DNA of 63,640 nt, filler included, from Licmophora abbreviata (taxonomy: Eukaryota): the NCBI GenBank assembly GCA_900291995.1. It is 9 parts of 9 records of this genome, joined end to end, with 100 filler letters (N's around TTAATTAATTAA, not from the genome) between each part and the next. Parts side by side here need not be neighbours in the genome. Positions count along the whole stretch, not along the records: positions 32,839 to 41,323 come from OLMU01000765.1; positions 41,424 to 53,680 come from OLMU01000767.1; 7 more parts are not named here. One strand, 5' to 3'. The position numbers were made by a program, and so were the translations under genes. Each line of letters opens with the position of its first letter. Positions within the stretch are counted from its first letter, which is position 1. Below, one piece after another: positions 36,679 through 46,900 of this stretch. The notes beneath the pieces are model-generated. The model was not told the origin of the DNA. It saw only the letters and a list, made by a program, of their open reading frames with translations, and did not search any database.

Positions 36679-38745
36679 TTAGTTTGTGGGACCATGTGAA
36701 TAGTTGCCAGCTGTGGACTTTGGCCTAGCGACTTGTAGGGCGTGCTTGAGAAGACCACGCACATTCTCAAGACCGCCGCCAATGCCTGTTTCGGGAAGAC
36801 AAACGAGCATCGATCCTCGACCATGCGGTACGTATCCCACAACGCATTCAAAGAGAACAGACGCAGACGTCTCCGACGCGGCGCCTCTGCGCACCTGCAA
36901 GGCAAGTGCGTCTGCAACCTTGACGAGTTGCTTTTCGAGCTCCGCAGAAACATCCAAGTGGTATCGAAACGACCCTTCAAAGGACGCACACGCTACAACA
37001 ATGAGATCAACATTCTCCTCTTGCTTCGCAAAGTCAAACAAATCGCATGGCTCGCCTGAAAAGCATCGAGACGACACAATCGTCGCAGGTCCACTCTTGG
37101 TACCACTCAGAGCAGCGCGAGCCTTTTCCGAGATCCCAGCCAGGATTCCCTCCAGTAAATTCGCATCAGTGTACGGTGAAATGACGTATACGACAGCAAT
37201 CTGAAACGACTTGTGAGCTTTCCGATTCAAATGCAGCGAGTCGCGTAGTTGAACGCGTCGTACAGGGTCATCATACAGCAGCAGTGCGGTGTACTCTTCG
37301 CCGGCCAGTGCTTTCATTTTTCCTCCCGGGACCCCTTGCGGGAGAACAAGCAGTCCGTGCGCATCCCGCATACTCGCAAGTCGTGACGATCGCTGAACAC
37401 CCGTCGACGTGGCTTCGTAGATCTTATCTTGTTCATTCCATCGCAGCGCTACACGGTGATATTCGGGTCGCTCCTTGTCCAGTTTGGTGTCGTTCACGAG
37501 TTTGGCAGTCACTTCGGGATGCAGCCAGGAGTTCTGAACGATTCGATAGACCATGTCCGAAATACTTTCACCATGCGTATCCGAGGACTGGTCAGGCCCG
37601 TGATATAGCAAATTCAAAGACGGCTTGACCAATAAGTGCGTACAGACGGTCCCACTGACTGGATTCCCCGGCATGGCAAAGAACAAGCGCGTTCGTCGAC
37701 TCCCGGCCGTGGTGACAGGAATCGTCACGAACGTTGTTGGCTTACCCGGTTTCATATGAAGTCGTCCAAAGTGTAGCGTGCCGCCCAGCTCACGGACCAA
37801 GACATGTTCCATCACATCTGTTTCACCTTTGGAGATACCGCCCGTCGAAATAATCACGTCGCAGTCTTCCAATGCGTCTTGGATGGTACTGACGAGCAGA
37901 GGCACATTGTCATCTCTTCGAATTCCTAGATCAACCGGCTGACACCACGGACCAAAAGTGGAAAGTAACGAGAGTAGAATGGGTCGATTGACGTCAGGGA
38001 TCCGTCCTTGTGCTCTCGTGGTAGCATTGTCATCGCTGCCATTCTCCAAGAGTTCGTTCCCCGTCGACAGCACCCCGACCTTGATGGGTGGTTTCAGTGC
38101 AATCTCCTTCACGCCGGACTGAAACAACAAACCAATCGATGCAGCATCCAGGACAGTTCCACGTTCCAGCACCACGGATCCCGCGGCCATGTCGCACCCC
38201 ACCGGTCGAATCCACTTGTTGACTTCGACGACGGATGATGATCGTTCAAAGGAAAGCAGTTTTGCGGCTGTGTCTACAACACACTGTTCCACGGGAACGA
38301 CACAATCAAAGGAGTCTGGAACAAGAGCACCCGTCGTGATATAGTAGGCAGATGGTAAGGTTACTTCATCCGATATTGTTTCCATAGGATTCGACTGCTG
38401 TAGTAGTATGCTCTGCACATCGTCACCGGCGTATACCTTGTCCAGAATTCGATGAGTCCAGTAGGATGATGCTGCTGCTGATGATATCTGGTCGATTTCC
38501 GAAGTTCGTATGGCGTATCCATCCATGATACTAGCACGGTAGGCAGGATACCCTGGCTCCGCCATGAAAACATCCTGCTGTAATGTCTGATGCAGCAAGT
38601 CGGCCCACGAGGCAGTGTCGAGCGAGAGCATCCTGCTCGGTGGGGATAAGGATTTCTCTTCTAAAAAGACATGAGCCGTTTGTTCCAAGACGGTTCGAAT
38701 GGCATCTGGAACTGCCACCATGGGGTGCTCATCGCTTGTTGTCAT
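36679..38745 (-). CDS. CNX1: Molybdenum cofactor biosynthesis protein CNX1/gephyrin-like (MoeA E domain plus degenerate MogA G domain)
   Basis: RASIMDGYA, ITTGA.VP, IRPVG.D, VLSTGNEL, STGGIS.GE.D, MKPGKPT, PGNPVS, RPEYHR, Q.SSRL.SM. Confidence 0.9.
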   Translation of the reverse strand: MTTSDEHPMVAVPDAIRTVLEQTAHVFLEEKSLSPPSRMLSLDTASWADLLHQTLQQDVFMAEPGYPAYRASIMDGYAIRTSEIDQISSAAASSYWTHRILDKVYAGDDVQSILLQQSNPMETISDEVTLPSAYYITTGALVPDSFDCVVPVEQCVVDTAAKLLSFERSSSVVEVNKWIRPVGCDMAAGSVVLERGTVLDAASIGLLFQSGVKEIALKPPIKVGVLSTGNELLENGSDDNATTRAQGRIPDVNRPILLSLLSTFGPWCQPVDLGIRRDDNVPLLVSTIQDALEDCDVIISTGGISKGETDVMEHVLVRELGGTLHFGRLHMKPGKPTTFVTIPVTTAGSRRTRLFFAMPGNPVSGTVCTHLLVKPSLNLLYHGPDQSSDTHGESISDMVYRIVQNSWLHPEVTAKLVNDTKLDKERPEYHRVALRWNEQDKIYEATSTGVQRSSRLASMRDAHGLLVLPQGVPGGKMKALAGEEYTALLLYDDPVRRVQLRDSLHLNRKAHKSFQIAVVYVISPYTDANLLEGILAGISEKARAALSGTKSGPATIVSSRCFSGEPCDLFDFAKQEENVDLIVVACASFEGSFRYHLDVSAELEKQLVKVADALALQVRRGAASETSASVLFECVVGYVPHGRGSMLVCLPETGIGGGLENVRGLLKHALQVARPKSTAGNYSHGPTN

Positions 38746-39111
38746 CGTGTGAGTCAGTCGAGTTCGATGGTGGTTCGGGAGATGGGGCTTGACAATGTCG
38801 TCATGGTCGTCGCTGGTTTTCGTTTGGAAGTTCAAAATGGGGATCACTTTGCGAGCTAAACTATAGCTAAACATGTCGCCGTAGATATCTTTCCTGTTCC
38901 AACACGTCATCGAACTCCACGACGCCATCATCAACAATCGCATCACTCTGCGCGCTCCGACAACACAGTCACGACACTGCACAGTCTTGCGTCTGTCGTG
39001 TTCGAATCGCCACGACAACGTTTGACACAGCCTGCTGCTGCCAGTTTGCTCGTTTGCCGTTGCTCTGTCTGGTCCAAGCAATACTCTTTTCTCTTCCTAC
39101 TTCACCCCACC

Positions 39112-39438
39112 ATGACTCGTTTGACTGCCATGGCTACCTTCCTCTTGGTCGCGATCTTGTCGTCGTCGTGCGCCTCTGCCTTCACCCTATCTTCGCCTGC
39201 GCACAGCAGTCGCCGTACGAGTGGGGTCATGTCTTCCAGCACATTCCTTGCCGCCAAAAAGAGCAAGGAAGATTTGAGTTTCATTGAAACGAGGGACATG
39301 ACACGCGAGGAAATGTTCGAACTCAACAAGCAAAATGAAGAGGTCATGAATCGCGAACTCGCCCTCATGACGGGATTCAGTTTGATTCTCAGTCTGCCCA
39401 TTTTGTATCTCTGCTGGGTGGCCTTTTTCAGTGATTAA
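39112..39438 (+). CDS. Small plastid-targeted protein with a C-terminal TM helix
   Basis: Signal ending CASAF, Ser-rich transit peptide, C-terminal hydrophobic helix. Confidence 0.75.
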   Translation: MTRLTAMATFLLVAILSSSCASAFTLSSPAHSSRRTSGVMSSSTFLAAKKSKEDLSFIETRDMTREEMFELNKQNEEVMNRELALMTGFSLILSLPILYLCWVAFFSD

Positions 39439-39680
39439 AAGAGAGCGTACAGTAGTGAAGGCATAGTGCTAGAGAAGGAGAGACTGCAATGGATGTCGTG
39501 GGGGAGATCTGACATTCAACGGCCTACATGGGAAGAACCACACCCCAACGACACCTATACGGTGGCATACTCCGAACACGTGGCTAGCTAGAACTCAAGA
39601 CAAAACCTAACTGATCCTGTGATTCGTATTCACTAAAACCACACTTTGTTTCACACTTCACATTTACACTTAGTCATTTC

Positions 39681-41323
39681 TTACACATTGGTAGTATCGC
39701 AAGCATCTTCCGATTGGCAGCAAGTGCAAGTGTTTTCGCAGTCGGTACGAACGAGCGGCCGGACTCGGGGACCAGTGCAGACTTCTTCGGGAACGTCCCC
39801 AGGGAATTCATTGCCCTGCAAATTGAGTCTCTCTAAAGTAGATGAAAGGAACGAGAGGATCACGGAGAGGAGGTTATGCATGAGGAACGAAATGACGCAG
39901 TGGTGACATTGACAGCTCTCATTTCTCAACGTACCAAGATTCTCCAGGTTGCCTAGCTCGGTCGGGATGGGTCCTCGAAGACCAGCGTCGTCCAGCAACA
40001 AGACGGCTGAAAGCACGTACCCATAGCCACAAGTGTGTTAGAGGAATATCATACAGACATGCGATACAAGAGCGTATGCTCAGAGCACGAGACTTACTGA
40101 TCGAGGTCAAGAGACCGACTTCGGTAGGAATAGTCCCTTCCAGCGAGGTCTTTCCCAAGTCTACTTCAACGAGTGAGGTGTAACTTCCAATCTCTGTAGG
40201 GATGGTTCCTTGAACAGACGTGTTTCGGAGTGTCAAGAAACCTGCAGCAAAGCGGCATTTCGAGTTGAGAGTGAGACAGTATTCCGCACGATCTTCTTGT
40301 CTCCTTGTGAGCCGAAATGCACACCCGCGTTTGCTTACCAAGATTCACAAGTCCTTGGATAATCGTCCCCAGTTCTCCTTCAAGCTTGTTCCTCGCAAGG
40401 GAGAGGCGTTCTAAATACTGAAGCGTCTGAATTTCTGTGGTGAGCGTCCCAGTGAAGCGGTTGGCGAGAAGGGAGAGTTCACCTGCAGTTGTCCAAGAAA
40501 ACATGACATGGTCGGTGAGGCGAGATTCCTCTTTGAATAGCCAATCAACACGAAATGATAACGCAGTACTTACGGAGCAACCGGAAATTTGATATGCTCG
40601 CAGAGATGGTTCCGGAGAGTTCATTTTTGTCCATGTGCAAAGTTTCTTAAAGTAAGCGAAAGAAATTAGGTAAGTCTCGGGCGTTCCTACGATCACTGGT
40701 GAGCCCGGCGCACACGAACTTACCGAGATCAAACATTCGATACAACGATGACGGGAGCTTTCCCTTGATTTCGTTTTCTCCCAGGTCAAGATTAACTATA
40801 CACAGAAGAGAAAAGAGCTGTCAGAACAGGGATATTCAAACAAGCGGAAGCCTGGAACGTGGATGACTCACCCATCGACCTCGGACCAAAACCATCAGCG
40901 ATATTGGTAAGCCCGTTTGAAAAGAGCGACAAGTCGCCTGCGACAAATGGAGGGACAAGGGGGAGAGAGCATAAAGTTAGATCGCGAAACGCTGCCCGGC
41001 GACAAGGGCACACAACTGTTATAGACTCACGAAGCGCGCTAAGACCATTCAGTTCAGACGGAATTACTCCACGGATTCCCGTATTCTCTGCTTCAATCGA
41101 AACTACTGCTCCATCTTCGCACATCAAATATTCCCACGACGGCTGTGTGCACTCAGCACGGTCCTCCTCAAGCCATCCATTAGGCGATGTCCATTCATCT
41201 CCTTCCGTTGAAAAGTAAAAGACAGCGAGAATGTAGCGCTGGAGCAGTGCCTCCTCTTCTCCGTCAGTAGGGGGGTTGCTGAAAGACAACAGACTGTCTC
41301 CATTCAGTATCCAGTTCATTGCG
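39681..41323 (-). CDS. Leucine-rich repeat protein, 3' part (N-cap, about 9-10 LRRs, Cys-rich C-cap)
   Basis: LLQRYILAVFYFST.G..W N-cap; 24-aa LRRs (L..N.L.G.IP.E.G.L..L). Exons end at 41031, then 40937-40872, 40795-40724, 40645-40574, 40482-40339, 40241-40098, 40006-39935, 39832-39681. Confidence 0.88.
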
Positions 41324-41423
41324 NNNNNNNNNNNNNNNNNNNNNNNNNNNNNNNNNNNNNNNNNNNNTTAATTAATTAANNNNNNNNNNNNNNNNNNNNN
41401 NNNNNNNNNNNNNNNNNNNNNNN
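41324..41423. other. Assembly gap spacer
   Basis: N44-TTAATTAATTAA-N44. Confidence 0.97.
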
Positions 41424-43337
41424 GCCTCCGCCAATGAGACCAGGAGCCATTTCTAAGTCGATGTCTGCACTCTCCTTTTCTTCCGACGACTCTTCAGTCG
41501 TCACAGTATCAGCCGGCTTCGCTTCTTCAATGTCGTCTTTATCACTGGAAGACAAAATAGCGCTCGTGGCAGTGGTGGTGCCTACAGAAGAGAGAGCGAC
41601 CCCTTCCGTTGGCTCGGTGACATTCTTGGTCTCCTCAGGGGGAGTTGCTCCCTTTATCTCATCGGTACTCAGAGCAGCTCCGATATCTACGTGAGCAGGC
41701 GCACTAGTCTTTTCTTCCTGGACGATGTCACGAGTCACGACCAATTCTTCAATCGATGCCGCGGCTGTCTTCTTTTCCATAGTATCATCTGTCGATTTTC
41801 CGAATTCGCCAGAAGCTTTCTGTGGTTCGATACTAGTAGCTACTCCCGTGGGTACTTTAGCCAAAGTGACCCCGGTACTAGCAGTATGGACCACAGCAGT
41901 AACAGCTAGTGTTCTACTCTCCATATTTTCTTCGGAAGGCGCAGCTTCTTCATTGGGAACGGTATGTCCCCCCTCCGCCGCTATCGTGTGAGTGTCTTTC
42001 GCTTCTTCTTTCTCGATACCTGCCTGAGTCGCAGCTGACTGATCCACTAAGGACACGATTTGTACCCCTTGATTCACAGCAGTTCTAGCCGACTCGTCCT
42101 CTAAGGGAGCTGCCGCCTTCGCTTCGCTGTGGTCAGAAATAGTGACCAAAGTAGACTCAACATGCTCGTTCTCGAAGCTGTCGCGTAATGTCTCGTCTAC
42201 AACCCCGGGGTCGACTATGCCAAGGGCGAAATCTGCCTCTTCAAGTACATTTGTAGAGATTTTGACGGTTGTCAGAGTTTTCACCTCCTCGATGTCAACT
42301 CTGGGAGCAGACTCGTCGAGTGACTCGTCTTCGGTAGTTTCAGAGGTTATGCCTACCTTTTCTTGCACTTCAGCGCTTATTTCACTCGTTTGAGCGGCCT
42401 CCACATCCTCATGAGGAGCTTGTCGGGAATCTTCAGTGGTGATGTTTTTGCCCATTGATGTTTCTTTTTCAGCTTCCATATATGTTGCACCTGCGACTTG
42501 ACAGCTCTCGGGATACACTGCATCTACTTTCTCGAGCATTTGGGTAGCTGCGGCAACTGCACCGGCTGCAGTGAGTCCAATTGGGGGCCCTCCTCTCACT
42601 GTAGTCCTATTTTCTTCATTATCTTCTTCATCATCCTCGTTCTCTTCAGAGGGGGTATCTCTGGAGATTTGATTCGCCGTCTCGGAGACAATGACATTAT
42701 CCTTGCTTTCTTTGTGTGTCATGACGGTCAGCTTCTCTACAGAGGATTCTTGCGTGAGTTCTTCAACCTTGTAAGCCTCACCAGAAGCTCCCTCCTCCTG
42801 CTCTTCGACAAGAGCTACAGCAACAGCTTCTTTCGTTGCATCAGAAATGGATTCTTCAACTTTTTCACGGACGGCCCCCACTAGATCAATCTCATCATCA
42901 GGAGCTGGAGTGGGCTCATCCATCTCGTCAAAAGGGGCGGGATCCTCGTCGGAGGGAGCCGACTCTTCGTCTGTGTCAAGGGTTCTATCCACCTCGGGTT
43001 GAGGATACTGCTTGAGTGGTGAATGGTATTGTTCAGGAGGCAGCGTCATGGTCATCTGGGTCATGCTCTCTTCAACAAGCCGTTCTACCAGAGGCTCAGC
43101 CCGTGGCACCTCCACGGGGAACACAGGATCTCCAATATCTAACCTGATGTCGTCCAAGTGCACCTTTTGACTCGTCGCGGACGCTGTAGCGACTTCCGGA
43201 CTGTTCCCAATGTCTACGACCGAAGGTACTTCAACCGCAGATTGAGGTGTGACAGCAACAGGATTTGGATCACTCCTCTCGTCCCATGGAATGTGGGCGG
43301 AAGGAATTTTTCCAGGCTCGTCCATTGGTACGTCCAT
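41424..43337 (-). CDS. Long acidic low-complexity ORF, probably the N-terminus of the LRR protein
   Basis: About 640-aa Glu/Asp/Thr-rich ORF running without a stop into the gap, on the same strand as the LRR exons. Confidence 0.65.
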
Positions 43338-43932
43338 GGCAGATGTGCGGCTCCGTTGTAACGTCCAATCCCGACTGCGAACAAGTGCTGGATCACAATA
43401 AGGGCGGCAACAGATCCTTGTGTCACAGAAAAAAAGGCGCGGGACTCTTGCAAACTTTTTCACTTGACTTCAAATTTCCAAAATAATTACGATGCATTTT
43501 GAATCTTGGATGAGTTCAGTCAATTCCTCGAAGTAAAGAAATTTGATAAGACTCAACGTAGTCCATGCGAACATCAGGGATGGCCGGCGACTTACCTATT
43601 GGAAAGAGACCCGGAATGAACTCAATGCGTCCTGGCAGGCGCTTCGGGCGCGCCATCTTCGACATGCGCGGGCGACCCTATCCGTTCTTCTGAATTTGTG
43701 GGCACTCTCACCGAGCGCAAAAGCTCGCAGAGTATATGATAGAGCTTGACCATTTCAACATCACAGCATTGCAACACGCTTTACCTCTGCCTTTTTGCTT
43801 GTATCAAGCTTTTTAGCAAGTTTCTTTTTCTAGTGCAGAGCTACTTAGATCGTAACAGGTACAAGTGAAAGAAAGAAGTGAATCGATCGATCGATGAGCT
43901 CAAAATTTTGACCGACTACAAATTACTTTCCC

Positions 43933-46900
43933 ATGACGGATCCAGCCGCAGCCCATGCCTCATTGGAGGGCATTTCCAATGACCAAGGTGATGTCTCTCC
44001 GGCGGTAACTGTAGCCCCTTCCAGCCCCAAAAAGGATCCACGAAGCTGCATATTGCGCAAGGGGGATCTCGTTCGCATCTCGGAGCGGTACGTTCACATC
44101 TGCGTTTTCGAGAATTCAGTTGTTGCCGTGACTAATGCGGACATGATGTGTTTCTAATTTTTCGGTCTTTTGTCTATCTTAGCCGCGAAGCACGAGCGAA
44201 GAACCGCGATGGCGGTCTCGGCCGCATATATCGCTCAACTCCGATTCCAGAAGAGCAGTTGGATGGAACTCGTCATCCCTTCCGATACGATGTGGATTGG
44301 GTTTTGGGTGGTCGCCTGACCAATGTCGAACGACACGAGTTGGTCTATACCACGGCCGATGCAGAAGGACTGACCGAAGATGGGACGACCATGCGATCGC
44401 GTCGTGCGAGAAAGCCACCAACATTGGACGATGAGATAACACCAATAACGAAAAAGAAAAAGGCTCCTGCGAAAAAGAAAAAGCCGCCGGCGTCGAAGAA
44501 TAACACCAAGACGAAGAAAGGGGCATCAACGTCGAAGGGGGGAAAAGGCGGTGGTGCAAAGCGAAAACCTATAGAAGCGTCTAATGGCAAGAAGGCTGGA
44601 GCTGCCAAGCGTCAGAAGACTGAAGCTGCTCGTCACACAGACACAGACGACGCTGAGAATGACGGATTAGAAAAACCTGTTTGACAAGCATCGACGTGAG
44701 TTTGAGCGGTGTTTTGCCCGATTGGAGAAAGTGGATGGTTTCGGTTTCTTTCTCGGAGAGGCTCCTCCAGATTTTGACGAAAAATACGAAGACTGTGATC
44801 AGAGTAGTCACATGGAAAATTCGACGGGCGCCTCGCAAGCACAACCAATAGCCTTTAGCGTGTTTCCAGCTCACCCACCGTTCAATTGGAAGATGGTGCA
44901 TCGACGGGCAACTAGAGGTCGCTACATACTGGATCGTGTTCAAGAGGCCGAGGACGAGCGAAAGCGCATACGAAGCTCCGAAGGCCTTGAGGATACACCA
45001 GCGTCTGGGAAACGGGGGACAGAGGATACTCTGCCGAGACTTGTTAATCCTAAAGGGGTGAACTGGGATCTCTTTCGAGAAGACGTCACCGGGATGTGCG
45101 ACTCTGCTGTCTCTAGAGATCCATCTGGGGAATCTGGGGGCTCTGGTACCTTGAGCCACTCGGCCAACAAGATCAAAGATGTAAGTCACACATGCTAGAG
45201 TCTGTGATCAGAAATGTCAACCTCATCTTAAACTCTCAATCAATGTCCCCGATCTAGGTTCTGGAGCAGATATACCAGAAAACGGGAAAGCGACAACAAT
45301 CTGAGCTCGCTATGGCTGAGTCCCGCCGGAAGTTTACGATGGCGTTGAAGTCGGCTTCCAACACGGAAGCGGCGATGCAGGGAAAATGGTTGCAGAAGCC
45401 CTTTCCGGAGCGAAAGTATCAGCGGCTCACAGATAACGTTGTGTGCGCTGGCCTGTCACAGCTTGACGAGCGGAACGCTATTTATGAGCTGCAAACTAAC
45501 CTACCAGACAGTTTTATTGGCCTGTCTTATACTTACAATGACACGGGTCAGAGTGAGAGTTGGATGAAGTCAGTAGTTGACGAGACTGGGAAGACCAGTT
45601 CGAAGAAAAAGTCAAATGGAGGCGAAAATGAACGCCAGTTAGCAGAGGCGATGGCGGCGGACAATGGTGTGGTGCGCGCGCAGGTTCAGGCGTCGATGAG
45701 CACCCTGCTTATTGCAGTGCAGGATCGAGTAATGACCGAGTCTGGAGTACTGAAGCAGCCCGAGCTAAGAAGCGCGAATTGGGATGGCGACAAGAGTCGG
45801 CCAGCAGAAAGTCTCAGCGCTGCACTGATGTTGAACTCACAACCCACCGACCCACCCGCTCTTGTAGAACAGCCTGTGTGGGGTATCGACTGCTACACCA
45901 GACGGAATATCATGGCGTGTCTTGAGGTTGATTTCGAAGCTACGTTCGCCCTCGAATTTATCGAACGATGGCTACTGCCTGCGATCAATGCCTGCCCAGC
46001 TGACCTCGCCAGCGATCTTGCAAGCGCGGCTAGGATCCTCGAAGGACTTCCTCTTCCCGCTGCGAAGGCATCCGAAGGCAACAAAGAAAACCTGCCTGCC
46101 GACACATCTGGCGAAGTATACGACGAACGGTGGAGCCACTCACTACTGGGAAGCGCGTTAAAGGAGAAGCTGAATGCATCCGCTCCTGCCTGGCTCACAC
46201 TGGCTGCAAGTCGTCTCCGTGAAGCGATCGGGGCTTTGGGGTACGATTTTTTTCGTGTCCATCCGAAAGGACATGGATCCATCGTTTTAAAATCCCGCTT
46301 GCAAGCCAACACTCTTGTCACTTACTATCGAGGCGAGGTGTATCCATCATGGCGGTGGGGAGAGAAAATGGATGCCATCGAAATGACACAGAAACGTCTC
46401 GGTCTAAGGCCCAATCTTCCAGATTTCTACAACATGGCACTGGAACGACCCCAGCTTGATCCTCGTGGATATGGACTTCTATTTGTGGATGCATCTCGAA
46501 AGGCAGGTCATGGATCTTCGCTATCACACAGCTGCGCCCCAACCTGCGAGGTTCGCGTGACTGCATTGCATGGAAAACTTTGCTTGGCGATGACGACCAT
46601 CCGTGATCTTGAGCTAGGAGAGGAGCTGACGTTTGATTACAACGCCGTCACCGAGTCTCTTGGCGAGTATAGTTCTGCGGTTTGTCTCTGTGGCCACAGG
46701 AATTGTCGTGGATCCTTCCTTCATTTTGCTACCGCCGACTGCTATCAACAAGTTCTCAATCGAAACTTCCCGATCGCTGTTCGTTTTGCGAATCTCGTGA
46801 AAGGATGCACGAAGCAAGTGATGTCCGAAGAGGATTCGGAACTGCTTAAGAGCCACGGTTTCGGTACAGCTGCATTCGGAGCCGTAAGCGTAGGCTACCA

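Noticed and set aside
16113..38745. Apparent trace-element cluster (SepSecS, ferritin, CNX1)
   Set aside because: The genes are about 10 kb apart, separated by unrelated genes and gaps; consistent with chance in a gene-dense genome
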